This document shows positions 12,506-24,547 of a stretch of DNA of 64,000 bases, piece by piece (within the stretch, counting starts at the first letter, position 1; every line of letters begins with the position of its first letter). The stretch comes from Tubiluchus corallicola (taxonomy: Eukaryota; Animalia; Priapulida), in the NCBI GenBank assembly GCA_030141605.1, contig JAQGDQ010000075.1:248001-312000 (forward strand). Direction: 5' to 3'. The notes below the pieces were generated by a model. The model was given only the letters and a program-made list of their open reading frames with translations. It was not told where the DNA came from and did no database searches. Both the position numbers and the translations under genes were made by a program.

Positions 12506-15456
12506 GAACAGAATCCCAGTTTAGCTTTCATTGTTGGCATTCATTTCAACAACTTACACAAATAAATACTAATTATGCAGAGCACCTAATCAAATGTAAA
12601 CCCATCAATTGCAGATATGTTACGTAGATTTACTTCATTTGTAAATACGCACAACATATACGATATCATATGTTTGTAAATAAATTTGCTTAACAAATCG
12701 CAAACAACTGCACGTGTAAGTAAAACATTTGTAAGGACAAAGGGTTAAAATGTGTTGTCATTTCTATTCGTTTTGAGTTTCTTCGTTTCTAGAGAGCATA
12801 TCGAGAAAATTTTTCAAAGTACTTGAAAGGGATGTATTTTTCTTTAGAAACCGAAAGTCTTTAAATTGTGTTGACTTTTGGGAGTTACAGCAGTCATTTC
12901 TTTGCACCCTTTTCTATAAACTATATAACACTACTTGTATACAGGATAGGTCGTTATAAGGCTGGAGAAAACTTGGATAGAGTAGATAAGAACAATTATG
13001 CAAGTTTAAGAGCAATGAAAAAAGCTTTTGCGATTGGCATACCGTTATCGAAATGATTATTTTTGTTATACTCTAAAGATTTTAATGTTCGTAGTCCTGG
13101 AAATTAATTCCAAATACTAATTGCAATAATTTTCAAAACCATATCATATATAATTATTGTGCTAAACTCTGTTACAGATCTGATTGAACTGAACGAATGT
13201 CTTAAATCTTAATACATGTTAATAAGCAAAACTTTCGGCCTAATTGAAGAAAGCATCAGAAATTCTAGGAGCGATTTGTTTGGCCAGAATGAATCCAATC
13301 ACAAAAATTTCAGCATTTCTTGCTATCTTAATTAACATTGCCCAAGAGTTATAGAAGAAATAAACTATTAATGACGTTCAGGAGTTATAAATGAAATGAA
13401 CTACTAATAATGTTCAGGATTTGCGGACGAAATTAACTTGGATAAGGCATTGACCCTAATGTCTTTTTTCAAGCTTTCAAATGGAAAACCTGCGACCATC
13501 AGTCACTTATTATAAGATTATCGTGGACAGGTCTTTTTATTAAAGTGTCATGTTTTTTTCAAAGGCAAGATTATGTATTCTGCCTGTGATTGGTAATTTT
13601 ATTTTTAAAAGCCGGTCTTGGTTAGTGAACTTTTTCCTTTGTCACTGACAGAGTTTTTCTATAGTGTCACACAATACAACAAGAAAAATTTAAAGTTTAC
13701 TGTAAAATTTTAAGTCAAAACTTTCTTCCCTAAAAAAGAAGAGTTTAATTGCGGAAAAAAGTTAGCAACAAATTTAGCTAAGAAACATGATTTAAAATTC
13801 ACCTTAGGATTTTTGTTATGGTTCTGAATCACGCGAACGTCAGAAATGCGTGCATGTTCCATTACAGAAGCTATAAACCTCAGCTTCTGAGCAACTTCAG
13901 ACTATCACTTCATCCCAACAGAGAACTAGTCACATTTAGAATTCGAAACAGAAGGCCTAAATAAACTATACTCGTGTGAAAACATGCATGACCTCGTAAC
14001 ATTTGCGAAGGAAATTTCCGTCTCATGAAGAACTATGAAATGTTAAGCGGGGTTAGATGATAAGATTTAACAGATAAACGTGATTTTTACTTAAAATCTG
14101 GACGTGATTTGCAGAAATACTTCCCGAAAGAAAATCAATTGTGAAAAATATTTTGAAACTAATTTTACTCTATCACTATTAATTTTTAACATTTTTTCGT
14201 CGTATTTGTAATGCGTGCCCAAACAAAAAGCACCGTTCAGCAAATGAAGCCATTTCGAAAGCCTGTAATTACTTACAAATGAAGCTATTATTATTATTTA
14301 TTTATTTATTTTTTGTTATTAAACTTTCCCTTTCTCGTCAACAGATAACGCCACTTGTAAAGTCTTTTAGCCGACATTACTGTTAAATTAATAGAAGCTG
14401 CAGGATCTAGTTTGATTTTATCTTCCCGGCCCATGTAAATTATGAAATTTGGTATCCCTCTTATAGATACCACCAGGAATCTGTAAATAACAGGCTAGCA
14501 TTATACAATCATGTCTCGGTGACGACGACGATGATGATGGTGATGGGACAACAATGATTTTGATTGCAAGGATGATGTCATTGACAGTGGTGATGATGGC
14601 ATTATTATAGTGAACATGATGATTACTGTGCAGAAAAAGAGCAATGATTCTGCGCATTGGTAGCCTTATCAATCATTTGTGGTGAGTCCTTTAGTGAGTG
14701 TGACAATTAATATCAACCAAATAAAAAACATTAACCATTCTCGCTATTTAAACTGAGAGTTCAATGCCATAATCTAGGCGTCAAATGAACTCAATTTATC
14801 TAGCTAAGAGCTTTATATTTGGCCAGTGACCTTCGCGGGACATTCGTCATTAGTGATCAAGAAGCTATATTTGGTGACTCAATCAGTCGGAACGCACGTC
14901 ATCGATGGTAATCGATGCGACACACAATTTCGCCGCCTGTCGCCGATGATCGGATTTAACAAAGGTTGAATCGCTTAGAGATGAGCAATCGTCCGTTACC
15001 CATAGCGATAACTAGCTTTATCTACCCAAGCGCGAGTTAATTTAGCAAGTCAAGCAAGAAATCGTTTGCTTTAGTCTTGCCAGTTAGACTGTTGGTTAGA
15101 AACGGCATGGTTTTTCGCATTCTCACAATTGGTAAGTTGAGCAGGGTTGTAGTACATTCCTAAGGTAATCTCTTGCTTCTTTCCACAATGTAATCTTAAT
15201 ATATCTATTGACATGAATATTCTATTTTTATTGCTCATTGTAAAATACTTACTTTCCTAATTTTTTTATTTTTCTTGTTCTGTTACTCATTCTTATTCCA
15301 TATGTGAAGCAATTATTAATTCATTTCATAACTAAATAATACAATGATGCACAGCTACTTAGTGACGAAAGACGGAGATCGTAAAAATTAATAGCAGTTT
15401 CACTGCGCGTCAGTAATGCGACTTCTATAACTGATAATTTTATAAACGCCCGATAT

Positions 15457-15666
15457 TGTAACCCCAAAACATTGACGCACATTGACGCAATAACAAATCA
15501 ACACATAATGCAATAAATAACCGATAATGTAATAAAATTAACTGACAAAGTAATAAAAACTTACGCATAATGTAAGACCTAAAACGAATACCACAAAAGT
15601 ATACTGTAATAACAAAAGGTCTAACCGATAATGCAATAGCTAGCAGAATTAATGTTACTTGGTACA
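15457..15666. mobile_element. possible Ginger-like non-autonomous element (TGT...ACA ends, internal ATAATG(T/C)AATA repeats)
   Basis: Starts TGTAACC and ends GGTACA. Repeated CCGATAATGTAATA / CGCATAATGTAA / CATAATGCAATA units. Flanks ATAT/ATTT match only partly. Confidence 0.3.
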
Positions 15667-15879
15667 ATTTTCTTTTTATATGAAGCTAACTTGCTCTGAA
15701 ATATTTGGAAGTGGGAAGCATTTATAAAGGTAAACTTTCGATCAAAACCTGAAAATCGAGACTGGAATGAACAAATGCATTATAATGGCGTTATCACGCC
15801 TCTTGCCATTTACCAACCCTAAATGTGATATCGTTATACGTGGATGGTGCCTTTTGGACTAAATGTTCCCTTCTCATTG

Positions 15880-16810
15880 AAAGAACTGAATGCAGCCATA
15901 AGCACAATGAGTACTGGAGGAAAGTGTGTGGATAAGGCTGGTCTTCATCCAAAAAGGTCAAAAATTTCGGTCATTTTGCTAAAGTAGCCATCCTAAATAG
16001 TGCTAATATTTGTTTAGAGACTCTGCTCTCAGTCAAATGTTATACCTATAAGGCAACCAGACAAGCCAAATTACAGTAATCAAGCTAAGTACCGGCCAAT
16101 TATCATCTCCGCAACGAAATGCAGTAGGTGTCACGTTAGGCTAATCTTATATATGGAAGAAGACATTTTGTGCAATAATTACGGCACGACAGTCTGCATT
16201 GACTTTGAAAAAGTTTTTGATAGTGTATGTATAAGAATTAATCTTATTCAAACTTATTCACTTTTGTGCAAAGGTCGGAGGTAATATGTTAAAGCTAATT
16301 AATATCCGATGTAGTAGAAAAACCTGATAAAGGTGGACAATTTTACTTCGCCTGAATACGAATGTGTCTAGGAATTAGCATACTTTCACCGCTTCTCTTC
16401 AGATTGTATGAAACGGAAATGTTTGAGAATTTGCCCCCTGAAGTGAAAACATTTAAATACGCAGGCGACGGTATGTTTCATGTAAGAAAGAATAATAACA
16501 ACGAATGTGTAGAAACTGGGAAAAAATGTTGCAGCACTTTGTACAATTTGTGTAAAAATTGGAGTTTGAAGATAAATAAATTGTCAAATGTGCAAGTTCT
16601 GCTAGTTGGTAAATGGAATGAACAACAAATTTAAAAATGGGAGCCAAGGAAATTCTGTATACCAAAGAGGGAGCAAAGTGTTAGGATCACGATTGACAAT
16701 AAACTAACTTTTCAAAAACACATTGGACGGTGCCGATGATTTAATATCAAGAAAAAGTCTCGCATATATAGTGGACTGAGGTTACCTGTTGAAGATTACC
16801 TTGTTTAAAA
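15880..16810 (+). mobile_element. decayed non-LTR retrotransposon (LINE) reverse transcriptase, I/Jockey-group-like
   Basis: Ordered RT motifs across frameshifts: VIPIRQPDKPNYSNQAKYRPI, VCIDFEKVFDSV, GISILSPLLFRLY, FKYAGDG (degenerate YADD), KVLGITIDNKLTFQKHI. Confidence 0.85.
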
Positions 16811-16872
16811 CAACAAACACACACTCTCTTTTTCTCTCCTCTTCCCCCTCTGTCTTCTTTTTCTTTCTCTCC

Positions 16873-16903
<31 letters not shown>

Positions 16904-17348
16904 GCGTTTAGCCTTCCTTTAGAGCAGGGTATTTCAGTATTTTTGAAACATTAATTTAACAGGATATCACTTATCCGTGTAGACCCTGTAGGTTATTTTT
17001 GGTTGTCCTACACAGTCAACAGCCAGAAATGATCAAATTTTGTAGGTGCGTTAGGAGCTAACCCGCCTGCTCAGGATTGACACAAAAGTCGAAATGTGTT
17101 AAATAACTTTATTCAAATTTTACGTTAACTCATCGTTAGAAAGACCGTCGCATATCAAAATTAATATACCTTTGAAAATTGCTCTGATCAATAGTTGCCT
17201 ACTAATTAGCCTGCAATTTAGTTACTGTTTGAATCAATTTGTTTGCCGTTGCTCATTTAGCACTCATTTTGCTCATTTAACAGACAGCATTAGCACTTAC
17301 GGCTATTTACCGACAACGAATAACATGTAGGGTATATGCACTGACTTT

Positions 17349-17414
17349 GGGAGCTGCTACTCTCGAACTTAAGCCTGCGTGATTGCAGCTTGAAATCTAG
17401 GCCACTCAGCCACC
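17349..17414 (-). mobile_element. tRNA-derived SINE head remnant
   Basis: Minus strand GGTGGCTGAGTGGCCTAG (A box) ... AAGTTCGAG (degenerate B box); no cloverleaf. Confidence 0.4.
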
Positions 17415-17814
17415 CAACCTAGAACTATTTTACAGTTGAATGATTTTACTCGGTTTTACTGCTACGCTTTTCAATATGAATGTTAGTTTGTTCAAATAGT
17501 TTTACCATTACTGTTGTTTTGATAAAGTATTACTATAGTTAACACTGAAAAGTAAAAGACTCATTATAAAAACTTATGATCAGTCAATATAGTTTCAAAG
17601 TTACTTCTCCAGTTACGTGATTTCTTCTTTAACGATGAACGTGCTTTGCTTTTGCTTTAACAACACCATAACCGTCATTGTGAAATGGACTTTTATGAAT
17701 GTCAATATTTTGTGCAAATAGAAAATAAAAGTTTTATAATAATCATTTTTCTCTCCCTTCGCTACCTGCCTCCTTCCCTACTCCCCCCTCTCTCTGTCTC
17801 ATACATACACTCTC

Positions 17815-17990
<176 letters not shown>

Positions 17991-19191
17991 CGCAATTTCT
18001 TTAGGTATTACCTTGAAATAATTGCTACTATGGTTCCCTAAAAACTTCGTAATAACCTTTTATGAAATGTGATCATGTTGCCCTTTTGGTTTCTATTAAT
18101 AAAGTTCGATAAGTTTTTCAAACTTTTGATACACAAATAGTTTTGAAATATAGATTACGTATTTACAGCGAATTCAAAGCAGTGGCAGACTGACAGTAGT
18201 TATTTTATTTTTGATTTTATTTGTTAAAATATTATATTATACATAATAATAAGAAGACATTATTATCAAGAGGGCAGTCAAGTAAGCTGTGTTACTTTTG
18301 CAGTGCCACCCAAATTGTGTTCCTTGTGCATGTATGTAATAAGGATATAAGGTTATTATTAATGAATGTGTTTACGAAGAAATATCACTTCTAATTGTTT
18401 TCCGCTTGAAAAAATGTTGAGTACTGAATACAAACGAACTAAATTAGTTTGAGGGATCCACCTCATAACGAACAGACTAACAGGTTAGTAGTATAGAGAC
18501 CGCGTGAGTAAACAGGTTAAGTAATTCGCTTCGCCGTAAGTAAGCTTCATGAGAAAGTCAACATGAATGTGTACAATGTACAGTAACTTTTCACGAGCTA
18601 GACCTACCTAGTTCGTAAAGGAACGTACTTCTTTAGACTTATATATATAGAAAGCGACAGATTTAAATACAAAATCACCAGCTGCAGTTAACATCGAGTG
18701 CTATTATACGATGAAATGGAAAAATTTATTTTCGATCTAATAGCACTCTAGAGTAAAACAAGCGCGAAAAATAATGGTAACTTAACAAAGTTAACAGTTT
18801 TAGCACAGCTTTGCTTAAGGGAATGAAAAAGCAAAAGAAGTCTTAATATCGACGAGTTAAATGTATGTCTTATGTACTGCTGCCAACAAATTCATAATTA
18901 TTTAATGCAAATTTGATTCTTCCTATGTACCGTGAAAGTCATGATATTTATCACAGTGACTTCCAACATTGTGGAAACTGTGAACATGGCCGCTTTCGCA
19001 TCACCACTGTAGCTGCCGTCGCCATTACTGCTGAAGCACACGCCGCCACTCTCGGGCTAAGTAGCCTTTGTTTGGGTTGGGTAATTTCAGTTACCATATT
19101 CTACGAGCCAAGCTTTGAAATCTAATTTCTTAAACCGTGCATGTCTTAACCAATTTTGAGTAAGGTTTGCAGGAAGCGAATATTAGAAAGA

Positions 19192-19370
19192 TCATCATCA
19201 CGTTTACATCATCATTGTCACCATCACCATCACCATTAATTACCACCACCACCACCATCACCACCATCACCAACACCACCACTACCACTACCACCGTCAC
19301 CGCCACCACCACCACCACCACCACCACCACCACCACAGCCACCGTGGCCGCCGTCACCACCACCATCACA
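19192..19370. repeat. (ATC)n/(ACC)n trinucleotide tract
   Basis: Direct reading. Confidence 0.9.
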
Positions 19371-20501
19371 CTAGGTTTTACCACACCTATAGTTTATGTT
19401 TGTTATGTTGTTGTCGTTAGTTAAAGGTATTTGTGAATTAACTTTCAAATTATTCTTACAAAAATTTATGAGAATTTTTGAAAATAGCTAGTGTTTTTGA
19501 TGACTTTAAACATCGGGTCGAAGACATTTCATTTAGGTTCCATACCGAAGTTGTGGCTGACACATCATATAATATGGTGTATATAAGGGTATTTGTATAA
19601 AAAGAATGAAGTCATTAACCTGGGAAAAGGAAGCTTATATATAGATAGATATCGAAACAAATAACCACTTTTTCGAAAAACAATAGCTAATTTCTATTCT
19701 AATTCATATTTGTTGTAACTATTTGTATTTAACTTGACTGATATAATATATTATGTTATAAATAGTTTATATATACAGTTGATTAATATACGGTTGAGTA
19801 ATAAGTTTATATGTTATATTATTATGACACTTATTTTTAAAGAACTACCATGTTGAACACACATATATCGGTGTATCATGTATTATATTTATATTTTTAA
19901 CTAACCTTATTTATTTAACCTATACTGTTATTTATTGACTAACCCTTGTATATAATTTTGTTATTGCACCTATAACGAGTACGAATAAATTGTAATAAAA
20001 ATACAGAACACCGCTGTAGGGTGTATGAAAAGTTCTTCAATGTAGCTGTCATGACACTAATAACAAGTAACAACTAACAAATAACAAGTAACAAGCCACA
20101 ACATCAGGAAAGCAGCCGAACAACGGCAATGAAAAGTTGCTGTCTTGCCATAAAAAGTGATTTTTCACATTGCCTGGCAGTATAAAATACTGTTGAGTGT
20201 CACGGTATGAATTTGCTTTGTTCTCTATAAATTTAAGTAACACCGAGTCTAGTAAATAGATGGAAACTGATTTTCGGTAGCTTCATGTGCCACACTGTCC
20301 CGGGCTACTTCTTACTTTGAAGGATGATGTACACATGTTAAAAGTTGGTTAAGCGTCTCACCTCGGAGAATTGTTCCTGAGACGAAAAAAGGCTTTTGTC
20401 CTGGCACAATCACGTGAGCGTTAGTTGAGTTTCGTAAGCAGCTATATATCGGGTCTGCAGGGTGGCCAAACTGCACCAAAAGGACTGAACGGTCCAAAGG
20501 A

Positions 20502-20751
20502 AATGTGCACAACAATCGAACACTCAGTGAAGATCTACTATGGTGGGCCGTACAAAGAGAATCTTGTAAACTGGGAAATTTTGCCGTCGTGTAAATATTT
20601 TTTCGAATTATAAAAGTTATTTTAGTAAGAAGTGGAGTAAAATAATGGTAAAAACATTTGTACTTACCACAATAGAGAAATGAACTGTGAGTGTTAACGG
20701 TAAAGCAGTAAAGCCATTAATATTTTTGTTTAAGCTGATATGGATAAATAT
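20502..20751 (+). repeat. 250-bp direct duplication, copy 1 (copy 2 at 21275-21524)
   Basis: Base-by-base comparison shows 2 substitutions in 250 bp. Confidence 0.97.
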
Positions 20752-21101
20752 TGTTACGGAGGCACCTGTGTCGGGTCAGGTGTAGGGCACTCTACACGCC
20801 CTGCTTCCACGTCAGCAGCGACTCACCCCTTTCTTGTAGGTCCAGACGTCTTGTTTGGGCCTACACGTGGTGTGAGAAGCCAGCTGACCTGGAATGCCAG
20901 TATAAAAGCGTGTAGAGGTCACTACAGCCTTGATTTCTGACACAGGTGCTCCTCGGGTGTAGTGCTGTTACTGCGTTAGTTAGTAATTTTTTTGTGCACG
21001 TGTATTTTTGTTACTTATTTTTATTAGTGCTGTTAATAAACTCCGGTCAGTGTAGTTTTTGTGTATTTTGTTTTATGAGAGTTAGATGACATGCTATAAC
21101 A
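20752..21101 (+). mobile_element. LTR-like element (350 bp): solo LTR or 5' LTR of a truncated LTR retrotransposon
   Basis: TGTTA...TAACA inverted termini (TG...CA), TATAAAA at 20901-20907, AATAAA at 21035-21040. No matching TSD (AATAT vs GGTAT) and no recognisable PBS. Confidence 0.75.
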
Positions 21102-21274
21102 GGTATAAGGTACTAGTTTACAGACATTAATTTAGTTATTTAACATAACATTTGTAATTAACATTAACATTTGTAATTAAGTATCGGTTACACAACGATT
21201 ATAAAATGGCACTTCATGATGCGAAATATCAAGACCGCCATGCCATCTTGGAGTTCGACCCCCTGGGTGTGCAT

Positions 21275-21524
21275 AATGTGCACAACAATCGAACACTCAG
21301 TGAAGATCTACTATGGTGGGCCGTACAAAGAGAATCTTGTAAACTGGGAAATTTTGCCGTCGTGTAAATATTTTTTCGAATTATAAAAGTTATTTTAGTA
21401 AAAAGTGGAGTAAAATAATGGTAAAAACATTTGTACTTACCACAGTAGAGAAATGAACTGTGAGTGTTAACGGTAAAGCAGTAAAGCCATTAATATTTTT
21501 GTTTAAGCTGATATGGATAAATAT
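21275..21524 (+). repeat. 250-bp direct duplication, copy 2
   Basis: Matches 20502-20751 at 248/250. Confidence 0.97.
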
Positions 21525-21955
21525 GCTTTTAAAAATTGTTCCGATTGTGTAAGATCGTGTTCACTTTCAGTTTCAGTGTTGTTAAGTTACTTAAAAGTAA
21601 CATAATTTGACTTTCGCACGTGCTTTCTGACATGCTGATCGCAGACTTGTGCTATAGTTTTCATCTTTTAACACAAGTTGATGCAAATTCTGAAATGAGG
21701 CTGCGGAACAAAACTTCATAAATTATTATCGAGAAACAACCTTTAGTATTAGTTTGTTCCCTAATAAGAAAAAGTCTTCTGCGAAAAGATATAAATTTTT
21801 ACATTTCTTGTATTGTTTGTGTCACAATATTTTAAGGCGCCTGCAAAGTTTTGTCGTATTTTTCTGCTGAAAATAAATTACGAATCAGAAAAATTTTCCA
21901 ATAACCAAAATTTCCATAACAATAACTGAAATCTTCTGACGAGATACAAGAAATA

Positions 21956-24547
21956 GGTGGCGGTTAAAAGACCACTGGACAAAGGACCATGAGTCAAAGG
22001 ACCAGTCAAAGGACCATCACGGACAAACAACCACCAGATGAATAAAACCACCGTCATAACCTTAAAAGTTGTCAAAGGATCACCTGTCAGGAGGGTGGAC
22101 GGAGGATCACCAATCAAAGGACCACAAGTGGGTGTGCTGACAGCAGATTCAGCGAAACTGTAAATATGTACCCAGCATATTTTTCCTTTAAACGCACTCA
22201 TTCAGAATAACACCGTATTCTACTGTGGGACGATAGGCCTAATTCACTTTCTCCTGATTCTAACAATGCGTAAAGAAAGGGCGGAATTTGAAGGTAATTT
22301 GACAGTATAGAGGAGGAGAAGCGGTGAAGGTCCAAGGTTCCTAAATTACCCTTTCTTTAGTAACCAAAGCCGAAAAGCGTGAGTAAAAAGAGAAACATAT
22401 TTATATGCAGGATACCGTACTTACTTGTGTTTTAATTGCTATAAAAAGGAGAAACAGTTAACTCCAATGCTAACATATATATTTTAGAATATTTACATAC
22501 ATAAACAACATTAATAACAGTACAACAAACAAACAATATTAATTAACATAAGCATAAACATTTATCAAAACTATAAGTGATTTATTTATATTTATTTATC
22601 TATAATTTATCTATAAGTAAGCCGTCTAACGGGGGTTATGTTCTGTGTGCTCTAAGACACAGTATCAAGACATTACAAATGGGTTTTGATTGACAGAAGG
22701 CTTTTATAACATACGACATTCGTAATATCTAAAAATAGGTTCAGGTACATGTTTAAGATCACGTATGTCATGCAAGGTCAAAACTACCTATGAATGCGGC
22801 TTCAACAAGTGTTTGAAATCGCGACTGTTTTACACTTGCAACAGTCCGCGACACAATGCTATAGTATCTGCCGTCATTACACACAGTGAGCGTTTTAATC
22901 AACAAGATTAATTTTTCTCTTTAAACTTTTAGAACCCTACCTTACAGAGCATATTATTTATATGCTTGCATTCCCGTCATCTCATTCCAGACTTTCTTCA
23001 ATAGTCTCTCCTTCGTCCATTTTATTCTTCCAACCCACCCTTTCATTCACCCACTGATTTTTGTTTCACTTTAGCTGAATAACTAATAATTTCTTGTATT
23101 CGTCTACCTATGGAATTTGTATAAGTGATATACTTGCACTCTGAAAGGCTTTGATATAGGTTTGTCCTGTTAGCCAATCATAATTTGAGTAATTACTTTT
23201 GCATTTATTACTAAAGCATATATGATTGTAATGTTTTCTTCTAATAAAATATTGTTTAACAGCTAAATTGTAATTTTTACTTGCCGTTAATGTTTTATTT
23301 AATGAAGTGTAAACTGATATTTTTGATGATAATAATAATGATTGATGAATGTATTATATATTGTTTTTATTTTAATTGTATTTAAAATTTATTTCGTACA
23401 TTTAAAAAGCATATAGCATCGTAAGAAATGAAACTCAGTTGTGCGTAAGACTAGCATATAAGAGATGAGCATGAACATAAACTAGGTTACACTCAGTTTT
23501 GCATAGTTTTGCATAAAAGACTAATAGATAAAAGACTAACAAATACACAAAACTAACACATAAACGCCTTAAATGTTTTAAACTAACTAGATGCTTTAAA
23601 AGCATATACGGGTAAAGTTGTTTTTATTAAGTGGGCTTGAGGATAGAGTTCTTATAATGAAAATATATTATGATATATGTACCACTTTGTACCATTTGCA
23701 CAATATAAATATCATTTTGTAGATGGCGTTTGGCTTATTGTGTGCGCCGGCTTTTCACAGTTTCGATGTTCATTCAAACTTACTACATGTGAATAATTAC
23801 ATGATTATTATGTTGCTGCGCGCGTTTCAGAATTTTAAGAAGGAGACAACCACAAGTCATTTGTCGTCGTTTGGGAATGCTTTAATGTTTGCCGCTCGTT
23901 ACAAGGAAGGTATAAAACATGCTACTCCCTCTGTCTGATCTTAATTAGTGTCTGTCAGTACAGGTTCAGAAATAATGCAATCATTGCAGCCGCATCATTG
24001 CAATCAAACTTCACGAAGGGGTGGCATTCTTATAAAAACAAACTTTGCTGTGCGCTACCCAATTCTGTCTTCGTGCAGTGACATCTTAATTGGCTTCAAG
24101 AGAGGATCTGGTTCGCAGGGTGACGTCATTCTCACTTCAAATGAAACGTGAACGTTGTTAACTTAAATAAACCCATAAACATATGTAAATATAAGATGCT
24201 ATTTCTAAATTGTTTTGTTAAACCTAAATTGTTTTTTTATTTTTTAAAATCTATAGCAGCATTGTTATTCAACACACAAAAACACTATCATTGGCCTACT
24301 GAGTACACTGACAAATAAGTAATGCAGAATTTTACAGTGTAAACTCTACAAAATAATGTCATTATCTCCACACAAACCAACATGCATCTCAAAAGGTTTT
24401 TCTGTTGACATTTGCATGAGATGCTAATTTTAATTTGGTGCTCCTTTGTCTGGTGGTCCTTTTTCAGGTGAATTGTTTTCAGTGGTCCCTTGTCTGCTGT
24501 TTCTCTGACATGTGGCCCTTTGACTGGTGGTTCTTTTGTCTGCACAC
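21956..24547 (+). mobile_element. decayed Mutator-like (MULE, sub-TIR Phantom-type) DNA transposon
   Basis: Left array of AAAGGACCA(C) units (21965-22130) and an inverted right array of GGTGGTCCTT units (24435-24545). Flanks ACAAGAAATA / ACAAGAAAAT look like a 9-10-bp TSD. Transposase relics in order: MNAA..VF..CF.HLQQS (22790-22847), LLCAPAF..DV (23735), RRRQP..W (23838), frameshifted EGWH..YP (24014). Confidence 0.7.

Larger units (their letters stand above)
20102..21390 (+). mobile_element. decayed piggyBac-like transposase C-terminus, interrupted by an LTR-like insert and a local duplication
   Basis: The frame from 20102 reads HCLAV*N..HGMNLLCSL..RWKLIF..YFLL*, matching the order of the piggyBac motifs CPxxVxxYN-GGVDxxD-KW-NAYILY. 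Then EFRKQL, then a degenerate Cys-rich tail CIMC..IYY-GGPY (single substitutions from CxxC)-KENL..CKYFF at 21270-21386. Confidence 0.5.

Noticed and set aside
12870-13430. Possible minus-strand RT N-terminal relic (KGAK.DCCN, AKQIAPRIS)
   Set aside because: Motifs too degraded and spaced inconsistently to support a call
21206-21370. MALHDAKYQDRHAILEFDP as a gag start after the LTR
   Set aside because: It joins in frame to the upstream piggyBac-like sequence once 20506-21208 is removed; no PBS seen
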